Below are positions 41,164 through 52,925 of a DNA stretch of 64,000 nucleotides, one piece after another. The position numbers and the translations under genes were made by a program. This stretch comes from Octopus sinensis. Taxonomy: Eukaryota. Positions within the stretch are counted from its first letter, which is position 1. Each line of letters opens with the position of its first letter. The stretch lies in the NCBI RefSeq assembly GCF_006345805.1, contig NC_043001.1, positions 36,084,001 through 36,148,000 on the forward strand, read 5' to 3'. The notes beneath the pieces were generated by a model. It had not been told where the DNA came from, did no database searches, and saw only the letters and a list, made by a program, of their open reading frames with translations.

Positions 41164-42461
41164 ATTGGGTTGGCAAGAAAGTAATCTCAGTTTTTGGAAA
41201 AAATTTAGACTTACGATTTTTTTTATGATTTTTGTCAATGTTATGATTTTTTTTCCATTTGACATTTGATAGCCATTACCTTTAGCTTACTTTAGAAGCA
41301 AATTGCGCGCAATTTTGTTTACAATTGTTAGTTCAGTGTCAACTTTAACATGGAGTGCAAAAACGAACATTTTCGCCCTATTTTGCTTTTTCATTTTCTT
41401 AAAGGCAAGAAAGCTACTGAGGCTCACAAAGAGATATGTCAAGTTTATAGTGCTGATTGCTTAATAGAACGCACATGTCAGAAATGGTTTTAAAAATTCC
41501 GTTCTGAAGATTTTTCACTCAAAAATGGCCAACGTTCTGGTTGAACTACTGAAGTTGATGATGACCGAATCAAAGCTATAATTGAATCTGATTGTCATAC
41601 AACTGTGCGAGGGATTGCAGAGCTGTTAAATGTATCACACACAACCATTGAAAATCATTTAATATGTCTTGAACTCATTAAGAAGCTCGATATTTGGGTT
41701 CCACATAAATTAAAAGAGATTGACTTAAAACAACGAATCAATACTTGCGATATGCATTTCAAACGCGATAAAACGAGTTTTTTTTTTTTTAAACGTATCA
41801 TTACTGGTGATGAAAAATGGATTGTCTACAATAATATCAATCGAAAACGATGTTGGTCCAAGCGTAATGAACCAGCACAAAACACATCGAAAGCTGAACT
41901 GCATCAAAAAAAAAAAGGTCACTCTGACAGTTTGGTAGGATTACAAAGGTGTTGTGTATTTTGAGCTGCTTCCAAGGAACCAAACGCTCAATTCAGATGT
42001 TTACTGTCAACAACTAATGAAACTGGAGGAAGCAATCAAAGAAAAACGGTCAGAATGGCTAAATTGTAAAGGAATCGTATTCCACCATGACAACACTAGA
42101 GCACACGCCTCTTTGATAACTCCTGAAAAATTACTGGAGCTTGGTTGGGAGGTGATGCCACATCCACCATATAGCCATGACCTTGCACCATCAGTTTACC
42201 GTTTATTTCTAAATTTGCAAAATCCTTTAAATGGTGAAACTTTTAATGATGATAATGACCTGAAAATCGCACTTGCTTCAGTTTTTGGCTGATAAGGACC
42301 AGAAGTTCAATGAGCGTGAAATCATGAAGTTGACAGAAATATGGGAAAAAGTAATCGAATAAAATGAAAATATATAATTAGTTAATGTTCTTTCATTGTA
42401 TGAAAAAAAAAGACTTTTATTTCACAATAAAAAATCGAAATTTCTTTCTTCCGAACCCAAT
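41164..42461 (+). mobile_element. Full-length decayed mariner (Tc1/mariner, DD34D) transposon
   Basis: ~30-bp imperfect TIRs ATTGGGTTGGCAAGAAAG / CTTTCTTCCGAACCCAAT in TA-rich flanks; ~1.3 kb. Confidence 0.93.
41350..42385 (+). pseudogene. Mariner transposase pseudogene
   Basis: MECKNEHFR...WVPHKL...IITGDEKW...HHDN...HPPYSHDLAPSVY. In-frame stops, frameshifts at homopolymers, third catalytic D replaced by V. Confidence 0.92.
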
Positions 42462-42477
42462 CTATATATTGTAACTA

Positions 42478-42630
42478 CATGTGAATCGTTGGCGATTTTC
42501 TTCATCCGTTTTCCTTTCTATTGGACTTTCCTCTGCTTCTGAAGAAGAGCGTTGCTCGAAACGTTAAAAGCATCTTTCTTTCCCTCCCTAAGCGTCTGCT
42601 AATACTGCGTTGTTGTCTTTTTGTGTTTGT
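42478..42630 (+). ncRNA. Monomer related to the 38782 family, with a canonical hammerhead core
   Basis: TGCTT-CTGAAGA-A-GAGC GTT GCTC-GAAA-CGTT-AAAAGCA at 42534-42572. Flanks catgtgaatcgttggc and cctaagcg...ctaatac resemble the 38782 unit. Confidence 0.6.
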
Positions 42631-42647
42631 TCTTCTTTTTTTGAATT

Positions 42648-42714
<67 letters not shown>

Positions 42715-42923
42715 TGTGTGTATGCTCCTTCACCGCTTGAGAACCAGTGTTGACATGGTTACCTTCACGCATTCCTAACGGTTCGGCAAAAGAGACGATA
42801 GAATATGTAAGCGGCTTAAAAAACAAGTACTTGGCTGCAGTCCAATGACTGAAACAAGTAAACAATAAACGGCACACACACACACACTCATACACACAAG
42901 CACATATACATACATATGTATGC

Positions 42924-42960
<37 letters not shown>

Positions 42961-43321
42961 TATATGTGTGTGTGTGTGTGTGTGTACACATATGTATATA
43001 CAAAAGGAAAGAATACAGAGAGGTTAAGGTTTATTACAGCTGTTTCAGACACTTTTTTTTATTGATGCATAATCCGATTACATCATGAAAAAGTAACCGT
43101 TTTCTACAGGCGGATTAAAAATTGAAAATTTTAAATTTGTTTCAGAAAGAATACCGAGATGCGGAAAGTGTGTTGACCTCCTCATTCTGACATATGTGTA
43201 CACACACACACACACACACCACACACACACATACAAATATATATGTACTCATATATACATATACATACACGGACAAATGTGTATTCAGACATATGCCTAC
43301 GTCTATAGTTATTAATGGTAT

Positions 43322-43513
43322 GTGCATCAGCCGACTGGACTACTGCTCTCAGCTATGGTCACCTTATACCTTATTCTACAAGGAGGATAGCAGAGCTTGA
43401 AGCAGTCCAACGACATTACACAAAGAATATTACATCAATGGAACGATTGGAGCTACTGGGACAGGTTGAAAGAGCTGCGATTCTATTCCCAGGAACGAAG
43501 GCGGGATAGGTAT
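43322..43513 (+). mobile_element. CR1-like LINE (family CR1-A), left part of an interrupted copy
   Basis: ISRLDYCSQLWSP...IAELEAVQRHYTK...SYWDRLKELRFYSQERRRDRY (frameshifted). Confidence 0.85.
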
Positions 43514-43835
43514 GCAGATCAGAAGCACAGGCGTGCAGCTATGAACTCCCCACCTTGCACCCTCTGATTTTCACCTCTTTCCAGCCATGAAGTTGATTTC
43601 GAAAGGAAAGCGTTTCCCAGATGATGCAGCCTTGATTTCTGAAGTCACGTCGTGGTTGGAGGACCAAGCTGGGGTCTTCTACAAAAACGGTCTCCAGAGC
43701 TGTATCAAACGATGGGAGAAATGCATAACTCTGTGTAGTTCCTATGTAAGAAAAGACTAATAACTGTGCCAAGTGTCGTTGCTCTACTGCTATGGGAAGT
43801 GAGTCAGGGGCATTACTTATTGAACACCCCTCGTA
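43514..43835 (+). mobile_element. Second mariner family, 3' fragment with right TIR
   Basis: HLAPSDFHLFPAMK...KGKRF...FYKNGLQSCIKRWEKCI; ends ttattgaacacccctcgTA. Confidence 0.85.
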
Positions 43836-44280
43836 CCCGCATGGTTCTTGGTCTCAAGCATTTGTCTTATGAAGAAAGGCTGAAGACGCTCGACCTTTAT
43901 TCTCTAGAAAAATGACGACACCGTGGTGATCTCATTCTTGCTCACGACATCATAAGCGGAAAGTGTAACCTCTCGAAAGAGCTGTTCTTCACTCCTGCTC
44001 CAGTGCGTCGACTGCGGGGTCACTCCGAAAAGCTCTATCTGCGACGATTTCATCTCAATCGAAGGAGAGGGGCTTTCTCCGTCCGGGTTGCGGATCCGTG
44101 GAATAAGCTGCCGGACGGGATAGTGAAGATGCCGACGACCGCTCGGTTCAAAGTCTCTCTTGACCAGAAATGGCCTGAACTCTTTGCGTGAACACCACCC
44201 TGTACATAACTCCATGTCCCCCTACATGGCCTTGCTTTATGCTTTTTGAGCCAAAAAATTAACTTAGCTTAAATTAACTT
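43836..44280 (+). mobile_element. CR1-B LINE 3' end nested in CR1-A
   Basis: RMVLGLKHLSYEERLKTLDLYSLE..RGDLI...FSVRVADPWNKLP...; (TTAAC)-type tail. Confidence 0.9.
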
Positions 44281-44710
44281 ATATGTAAGATACTGGAAGG
44301 ACTGGTACCAAACTTTGGAATAAAGAGCTATACCAGACCACGAACAGGTTGTTACTGTGCTGTCCCCACTGTGCCGACTGCTTCATCTCGGGCAAGGACG
44401 ATGTACTGCAATAGCTTGGGTTTCAAGGGCTCACAGTTGTTTAACTGTCTGCCGAAGCATCTGAGGAGCCTCCATGGAGTGGATGTAGACGTTTTCAAAC
44501 TTGAATTTGACCTCTGGCTCGCCGAGATCCCGGATGAGCCGATATCTAAGCAAGAAGCTCAAAAGAGGGTAGTAGCATCGAATTCCATCCTTCACCAAAA
44601 GCCGCTCCGACAAAGGTGGAAAGTGGAAAGATGTTTACAATGGCGGTGCTCCAGCATGACCAGAGTCATTGGACTGAAGCATATAAAAGAATAAAAAGAA
44701 TAAAAGAATA
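44281..44710 (+). mobile_element. CR1-A LINE right part and 3' tail
   Basis: KILEGLVPNFGI...NSLGFKGSQLFNCLPKHLR...FKLEFDLWLAEIPDEP; tail (AATAAAAG)n. Confidence 0.85.
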
Positions 44711-44755
44711 TATATATATATATATTCCTGTGAGCGTGCAAGTATGTGTGTGTTC

Positions 44756-44800
<45 letters not shown>

Positions 44801-44801
<1 letters not shown>

Positions 44802-45394
44802 GACATCTACTTCTAGCGTATAGGCGCTGGCATTCCAGAGCCCTTAATTATAATTATATTTTATAATTACATACTTAAAAATTAATTTTACCGATATCGT
44901 CATTTTTATACGCTAGCCACTGATATAATCATTGTATTAATTATATCAATTTATAAGTATAAATAACTTTTGAGCTTTCTAGTCAATATATTATGCTCTC
45001 GGTACTGTATTTACATAGTATGATTTCTGACATTAACCACATGGTTGAGATGGGCTAGTAGATAGAATGTATTCGCGGAAACGCATGTACAAATTGGTAT
45101 CTGTACGAATAGATTTATCGGTATGTATATGTAGTTTTCGCTTATATATTTGTCGGTGTATTTTTACTAAGGATTGCAAAGTAAACTTTATTACAGAGCA
45201 TGAAATCTTAAGACATAGAATTATCCGAAATTTTGTAAATTTTCTTGCTCATTACCTCGCATTCTACCCGGGGTTATAAACAGAGAACAAATTTAGAGTA
45301 GATTGTAGGTATTTGACATCTACTACTAGCGTATGAGCGCTGGCATTCCAGAGCCCTTAATTATAATTATATTTTTATAATTATATACTTAAAA
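44801..45394 (-). repeat. ~80-bp direct repeat (44801-44880; 45314-45394) containing a Helitron-like hairpin plus CTAG
   Basis: Reverse complement gctctggaatgccagcgc...acgCTAG occurs twice, 513 bp apart. Confidence 0.55.
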
Positions 45395-45527
45395 TATGTG
45401 TGTATGTCATTTAGTGTACACATTATTTACAGTAAGAGCTACTCGTAGTTTCTTGCTATAGAGACACTGACATTAGGAACGTTATAAAAATCTTCCAAAC
45501 CACGTGTCTTTATGTCAAGAAACTATT

Positions 45528-45660
45528 CCTCTCTCTATTCGCTCAGTCGAAGTCGACTCTCGGTCACTCGTTGGATCAGTGTCCTCCAGTCAGTTCTATC
45601 CTGGGCCGCTTTCTTCAGACTGGCCATGTCCATTCCGGTATTAGCAGCCCTTATTTTAAA
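45528..45660 (-). mobile_element. RTE-clade LINE 3' end (second family)
   Basis: Minus strand translates to TGMDMASLKKAAQDRTDWRTLIQRVTESRLRLSE*. Confidence 0.75.
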
Positions 45661-45784
45661 CACTGAGGATATTAAATGATATTAATCCTCACTGGATGGA
45701 ATACTTCTTTTGTTGATCCCACATACATATACATACATTCAAAAACGTCTCTGTGTATATGTACCTATTTATGTAAATATGTAA

Positions 45785-46170
45785 GCGTAGGCTTGGCTCT
45801 GTGGTAAGAAGTTTGCTTCCCAACCACATGGTTCCGGGTTCAGTTCCACTGAAGTGAGGAAGTATCTTCTACTCTAGCATCGGGTCAACAAAAACCTTGT
45901 GAGTGGATTTAGTAACCGGAAACTGAAGGAAGCCTGTCGTATATATTTATGTGCGTGTGTGTCAGTGTTTGGCCACCCGTCATCGCTTGACAACCGGTTG
46001 GTGTGTCCATGTACCCGTAACTTAGCGGTTCGGAAAAAGAGGCTGATAGAATAAGTACTAGGCTTACATAGAATAAGTCCTGGGGTCGAATTCTTCGACT
46101 AAAAACCCTTTAAGATTGTGCTCTAGTATGACCGTGGTCAACTGATGAAACAAATAAAAGAATAAAAGAA
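45785..46170 (+). mobile_element. SINE family B
   Basis: Head ccaaccacatggttccgggttcag through to an aataaaag tail. Confidence 0.88.
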
Positions 46171-46527
46171 TGTATGTCATATCATTTACAATATCTGTAT
46201 TATTAGTTTCAGCCAGAGTCTACGGTCAAGCTGGAGCACCAACATTAGTGCTTTTATGTTTGTTTATTTCAAACAAATTTCCAGGTCATCTTTCTGGAAT
46301 CAGTCCTGGTAATGTAAGACCCTTCTTTACGTTTCTTACCCCTATATGGATTCATCATGTAAAAATATGTCTGCATGTTCTTTGAACATTAATACGCTTT
46401 GAACATCTGAACTCTTCGTACAACCGAATTTTGTGGGAAAGGTATTGAAAAGTTGTGGACACTTGAGCGTTTTGCATTTCCAGTACTTGAAACCCGTTGC
46501 ATTTCCATCAGAGTCAATACTCTAGAT

Positions 46528-46860
46528 CAGTGGTTCTCAACCGGGGCCCATACGACTCCTGGAGGTTCGGTGAGGTTTTTTGGTAATCCTTACAAGCAAA
46601 AAGGTAAACTGGGAATCCGCAGTAGTATTTTAAAGGAATACATTTTACTGTTAGATATATTTATGGCAAGAAACAGCTAGGTTTTTGTCTCTAAGCTGAA
46701 CATGTTTCCAGGCACTGAAACCTGCTTTTTCACTGAGGGTCATCACATGCAAGAGAACGTGGGAAAAACAAAACAGGAATTTTGAAAGAATTATCCCCAA
46801 AAAACTAGTTTTTAAACATCGAATGGCTATGAGGATCCACCAGAATAAAACGTAATGAAA
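46528..46860 (+). mobile_element. hAT (Charlie-like) element left end
   Basis: CAGTGGTTCTCAACC terminus directly after CTCTAGAT (NTCTAGAN-type target). Right TIR not found. Confidence 0.6.
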
Positions 46861-46867
46861 GTGGTAT

Positions 46868-47285
46868 ACTCTTTTACTCTTTTACTTGTTTCAGTCATTT
46901 GACTGTGGCCATGCTGGAGCACCGCCTTTAGTCGAGCAAATCGACCCCAGGACTTATTCTTTGTAAGCCTAGTACTTATTCTATCGGTCTCTTTTGCCAA
47001 ACCGCTAAGTTACGGGGACGTAAACACGCCAGCATCAGTTGTCAAGTGATATTGGCGGGGGACAGGGACAAACACAGACACACAGACATATGCACACATA
47101 TGTACATATACATATATACGACGGGCTTCTTTCAGTTTCCGTCTACCAAATCCACTCACAAGGCTTTGGTCCGCCCGGGGCAATAGTAGAAGACACACTT
47201 GCCCAAGGTGCCACGCAGTGGGACTGAACCCGGAACCATGTGGTTCGCAAGCAAGCTACTTACCACATAGCCACTCCTACGCCTA
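46868..47285 (-). mobile_element. Full-length SINE family B
   Basis: Complete reverse-complement copy. Confidence 0.92.
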
Positions 47286-47380
47286 AGTTTTTTTTGTTTT
47301 TTAATTATTAAGGACCCCTCTCTTCGTGGAGAAGGCAAGATGTTGGGTATCATGCTATCGAGTCCAGTTCGATGGTTAGT

Positions 47381-47605
47381 TTAGATTTCATTCCCAAAGT
47401 TGGATTCTAGAAATTCCAAGATTTCCCCTGTGTATACCCCTGAATATATTTCGTGTTCTTCCTCTAGAGAATACAGCCTCTGGTCTCTCCGCCCCTCCCA
47501 GCAGTATATCTGCTGCACCGAAGCAATGTTTTCCGTGTAGTGGCTTTGGATTGCCTCGAGTTCCGTTGTTTGTTTGTCACCCTGCGGCGTCAACCAAAAC
47601 AAACG
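47381..47605 (-). mobile_element. Decayed CR1-A fragment
   Basis: TTELEAIQSHYTENIASVQQ...LYSLEEEHEIY...ILEFLESNFG parallels the 43322/44281 copy. Confidence 0.7.
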
Positions 47606-47858
47606 CGTGTATGAATGCGTGCGTGTGTATATAAATGTAATTATGAATATGTACATATACGTAATCATAAATGTATTTACATACACAGATATGTATACAC
47701 ACACATGCATATGTACGCATTTACACGTACATGTATACACATATACGCATGCACACTCATACATATATACACACTCACACACACAAGCACACATATGCAT
47801 AATATAGACAAATGTACACATACAAACATACGTTCAGGTACATAAATCGGTAGCTGGC

Positions 47859-47946
<88 letters not shown>

Positions 47947-47947
47947 T

Positions 47948-48351
47948 GTTTCTTTTTTAGCCACACAGGGCTGCACACAGACGGGACAGATTACAAAGTA
48001 GAGCTTTTCTTTTTGAGGAGAAGAAAAAAAGTGGGGTAGGTTTTCGATCAAAAGGGATCGTAAAGGGGGAAAAAAACACAAAACGATCAATAAGGATCAT
48101 GTATCACAGAAATGTCATGTTGTAAGTGTAAAGGGGGAAGCAGATAAGGTTTATCCGTGGAAAGAAAAGCCTACGGAAAAGACCACGGTAACCTCGGTCA
48201 ATAATGTCACATGTTAACACATTTGTTTGCAAGTAACGCTGTTTTAAATTTTCCGGGTTAGATAGATAGATAGATAGATAGATAAGTTTCTTTATTGGCC
48301 ACACAGGGCTGCACACAGATGGGACAAGTTACAAGGTAGAGCTTTTCTTTT
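47948..48351 (-). mobile_element. Two 5'-truncated 3'-UTR copies of the Tx1-type LINE (47948-48259; 48286-48351), each inside (GATA)n
   Basis: Reverse complements of 54085-54447; GATA runs at 47862-47945, 48261-48283 and 48352-48461. Confidence 0.9.
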
Positions 48352-48462
<111 letters not shown>

Positions 48463-49019
48463 TCATAAACACCAGTTAAACTTGGTAGTCTTGTTATTAA
48501 TTAAGTCTGTCAATTCTGATCAAACAAACCTACGACCAACAGTAGGATTTCATCAATGTCATACTACCTTTTTTGGCACATCTACGACTAAATTATCTAG
48601 TATATACTTTCCTTATTTATGAAGGGCGGTAGATAGGATGAAAATTTAGCTGTTATTTCTAGCTTATTCAACGATCGCATCGTGAGTCTTTTCGTTGTAT
48701 CGTAAACTTAAGTTTCGATGATCGGAAACAGAATTTAATAGCAATGTATTACTACACACACATTCTCTCTCTGTCCCTGTCTGTCTATCTGTCTGTCTCT
48801 CTCTCTCTCTTGCCCTCTCCCTTTGTTTCACTCTTTTTTCTTCTTCCACACTACCGTCCTCTTCCCGCTTTCTCTCCTTCCCCTTGCCTTCTACGCCTTA
48901 GCCTCTTCCCTGTCTCCCTCTCCCTCACTCTTTCTTTTCTTCCTCTCTTCCCCGTCCCTGTTAAAATGATTTCATAGCAGCAAACGATACATTTTACTCG
49001 CACACAACGTCCTTTACAG

Positions 49020-49711
49020 CAGTTTGTCTTTCCCTCTCTTTCTCCATCACGCTTACTCTCCCCACTCTCTCCTTGATTTCTTTTCCCTTTTCTTTCTCCA
49101 CTACGTTCATTCTCTCTTCTCTCTTTTTGTTTTCTTTTCTATTTTCCTTTCTTTCTGCAACACGTTCATTATTCCCTCTCTTTTCTGTTTCTTTTCGCAT
49201 TTCTTTCTCCATTTTCACTCTCCCAACTCTCTCCTTTTCCATTCTTTTTCTCTTCCTCCATTTTCACTCTCCCAGTTCCTTCTTTTTCTTTCCCTTTCCT
49301 TTTCTATCCCCAACGCGTTCACTCTCCCCTCTCTCCTTTTTTTCCCCTCAACACGTCCACTCTCTCCTCTCCCATTTTCTTTTCCTTTTCCCTTTCTTTC
49401 CCCTCAACACGTCCACTCTCTCCTCTCCCCTTTTCTTTTCCTTTTTCCTTTCTTTCCCCTTACACGTTCACTCTCAGCCCTCCGTCTCTTCTTGTATTCT
49501 CTTTTCCCTTCTACGACACACCCACCTTCGCATTCACTCTCCCCCCCACACTCTACAAGTTTCCTTTTTCTTTTCTTTCTCCAATACATTGACACACACA
49601 CACACTCCCTCTACTTTTTTCTCTCTTTCCCCAGCACACATTTTCTCCCCCTCTCCTTTCCCCCTGTTTCTCTCTTTCTCCCACACGTATTCTTTCATTC
49701 TCTCTCTCTCT

Positions 49712-49730
<19 letters not shown>
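49020..49730. repeat. Polypyrimidine tract with an ~56-bp minisatellite
   Basis: acacgt(c/t)cactctc recurs at 49351, 49407 and 49462; almost purely C/T on the + strand. Confidence 0.8.
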
Positions 49731-49750
<20 letters not shown>

Positions 49751-50185
49751 CTCTGCCCTCCTTCACTCACACAGCAAACTTAATTTCCATGATTAAAAAA
49801 AAACCATGACTTAAGTAGCAGTAGATAACTTCACACACGCATACAATGCCTATATCTGACCAAGAAGGAAGCTTGTACGTGGTCATATAATGGGCTAGAA
49901 ACAGCGATAAAATCTCCTTTAAATCATGCATCACCGAGGCTCTTTTTTTAATGATGATACACATTGGGTAACGTGGTGCGGAGTTTAGAGCAAGTCTTAA
50001 ATTTTGCTTATTTCAGTCATTAGACCGCGACCATGTGGGTACAACACCATGAAGTGTTTTGGTCAAGTAAATCGACTCCAGTACTTAAAAAAAAAAATTA
50101 AAAGCCAGGTACCTCTTTGCGGGGGTGTAAACAAAGCAACACCAGTTGTCAAACGGCGGTAGGAGGCCAAACACACACACACACA

Positions 50186-50216
<31 letters not shown>

Positions 50217-51108
50217 CTTGCCTAAAGTGTCACGCAGTAAGATTGAACTTGGAAACACGTGGTTGGGAAGCAAACTTCATATATAGCCACGCCTGCGTCT
50301 ATAGGAAATGAGAAAAATAGAATAAAAATGTGGCTGGTCACGGATGATTGTTTTTCATAAGTTTGTTCATTCAGCGCGGATGTGTGGTTAAATTGTAATA
50401 TCGCGGAATAAACTCCTAAGTGGTCACGCAACATACTAGAAATAGCAGCCAAAGTTGCTGAAATCACAACCTACTAGGTTATTGACCAGTTAATGTAAGT
50501 ACTGTTTAGCAATAAGACTATGGGACGGTCATGATTGAAACGATTTTGATCACACGTTATTTACTCGATCAGGACTGACCTGTGGTTAAACATTGGCTGT
50601 GTGGTGAGTAGCTTGCTTACCAACCACATGGTTCCGGGTTCAGTCCCACTGCTACCTTGGGCAAATGTCTTCTACTATAGCCTCGGGCCAACCAAAGCCT
50701 TGTGAGTGGATTTGGTAGACGGAAACTGAAAGAAGCCCGTTGTATATATGTATATATTTATGTGTGTGTGTATGTTTGTGTGTCTGTGTTTGTACCCCCA
50801 ACATCTCTTGACAACCGATGCTGGTGTGTCCCCGTAACTTAGCGGTTCGGCAAATGAGATCGATAAAATAGGTACTAGGCTTACAAAGAATAAGTCCTGG
50901 GGTCGATTTGCTCGACTAAAGGCGGTGCTCCAGCATGGCCACAGTCAAATGACTGAAACGAGTTAAAGAGTACAACCAACAAAAAAAAATCACTCTCCCT
51001 CTCCTCCCGCCTACTCTTTCACTCTTATATGTTGCTTTTTGAGAGAAGGTAGAACTTTACTCAACCCTCATCAAGTTCTTCTTTTCTTTCCTCTCCCTCT
51101 ATTTGCCT

Positions 51109-51142
<34 letters not shown>

Positions 51143-51557
51143 CTCTGCCCTCCTTCACTCACACAGCAACTTAATTTCCATGATTAAAAAAAAACCATGA
51201 CTTAAGTAGCAGTAGATAACTTCACACACGCATACAATGCCTATATCTGACCAAGAAGGAAGCTTGTACGTGGTCATATAATGGGCTAGAAACAGCGATA
51301 AAATCTCCTTTAAATCATGCATCACCGAGGCTCTTTTTTTAATGATGATACACATTGGGGAACGTGGTGCGGAGTTTAGAGCAAGTCTTAAATTTTGCTT
51401 ATTTCAGTCATTAGACCGCGACCATGTGGGTACAACACCATGAAGTGTTTTGGTCAAGTAAATCGACTCCAGTACTTAAAAAAAAAATTAAAAGCCAGGT
51501 ACCTCTTTGCGGGGGTGTAAACAAAGCAACACCAGTTGTCAAACGGCGGTAGGAGGC

Positions 51558-51596
<39 letters not shown>

Positions 51597-52495
51597 CTAA
51601 AGTGTCACGCAGTAAGATTGAACTTGGAAACACGTGGTTGGGAAGCAAACTTCATATATAGCCACGCCTGCGTCTATAGGAAATGAGAAAAATAGAATAA
51701 AAATGTGGCTGGTCACGGATGGATTGTTTTTCATAAGTTTGTTCATTCAGCGCGGATGTGTGGTTAAATTGTAATATCGCGGAATAAACTCCTAAGTGGT
51801 CACGCAACATACTAGAAATAGCAGCCAAAGTTGCTGAAATCACAACCTACTAGGTTAATTGACCAGTTAATGTAAGTACTGTTTAGCAATAAGACTATGG
51901 GACGGTCATGATTGAAACGATTTTGATCACACGTTATTTACTCGATCAGGACTGACCTGTGGTTAAACATTGGCTGTGTGGTGAGTAGCTTGCTTACCAA
52001 CCACATGGTTCCGGGTTCAGTCCCACTGCTACCTTGGGCAAATGTCTTCTACTATAGCCTCGGGCCAACCAAAGCCTTGTGAGTGGATTTGGTAGACGGA
52101 AACTGAAAGAAGCCCGTTGTATATATGTATATATTTATGTGTGTGTGTATGTTTGTGTGTCTGTGTTTGTACCCCCAACATCTCTTGACAACCGATGCTG
52201 GTGTGTCCCCGTAACTTAGCGGTTCGGCAAATGAGATCGATAAAATAAGTACTAGGCTTACAAAGAATAAGTCCTGGGGTCGATTTGCTCGACTAAAGGC
52301 GGTGCTCCAGCATGGCCACAGTCAAATGACTGAAACGAGTTAAAGAGTACAACCAACAAAAAAAAATCACTCTCCCTCTCCTCCCGCCTACTCTTTCACT
52401 CTTATATGTTGCTTTTTGAGAGAAGGTAGAACTTTACTCAACCCTCATCAAGTTCTTCTTTTCTTTCCTCTCCCTCTATTTGCCTCTCTCTCTCT
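49725..52495. repeat. Tandem duplication, two ~1.38-kb near-identical units
   Basis: Offset of 1377-1392 bp throughout (e.g. ttggctgtgtgg at 50593 and 51970). Differences are mostly microsatellite length and 1-bp changes. Confidence 0.92.
50592..50970 (+). mobile_element. SINE family B (duplicated at 51969-52347)
   Basis: Complete head-to-tail match to the family. Confidence 0.9.
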
Positions 52496-52880
52496 CACAC
52501 ACACACACACATGCTCGCACGCACACATTCACTGTCACTCATTTAAACAGACGAGTGAAGCAGTAGACGATAACTTCGCACACACTCACTCACTATAGCT
52601 TACCCACACTATCCAACACAGTGTCATATACACTCTCTACTCTCCGTCTCACTCACGCTTGCGTGCGCACACACAATCTGTCACACAAGCAACTTAACAC
52701 ACAGACACATACGCTCCTCTGTCTCTCTCTCTCACTTACTCACTCACTCGCTCACTCACATGCATACACACACACACACATACACCCTCATACTGCAACT
52801 TTCCCACTCCCACATTGAAAGCGACGACTTCAGTAGCAGACGATAACTTCACACACAATCTCTCTCTCTCTCCCCCCCCT

Positions 52881-52925
<45 letters not shown>

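Noticed and set aside
52815-52925. N-terminal 37 aa of the 423-aa ORF
   Set aside because: Read-through from flanking sequence and (ATCT)n; element homology starts at 52926.
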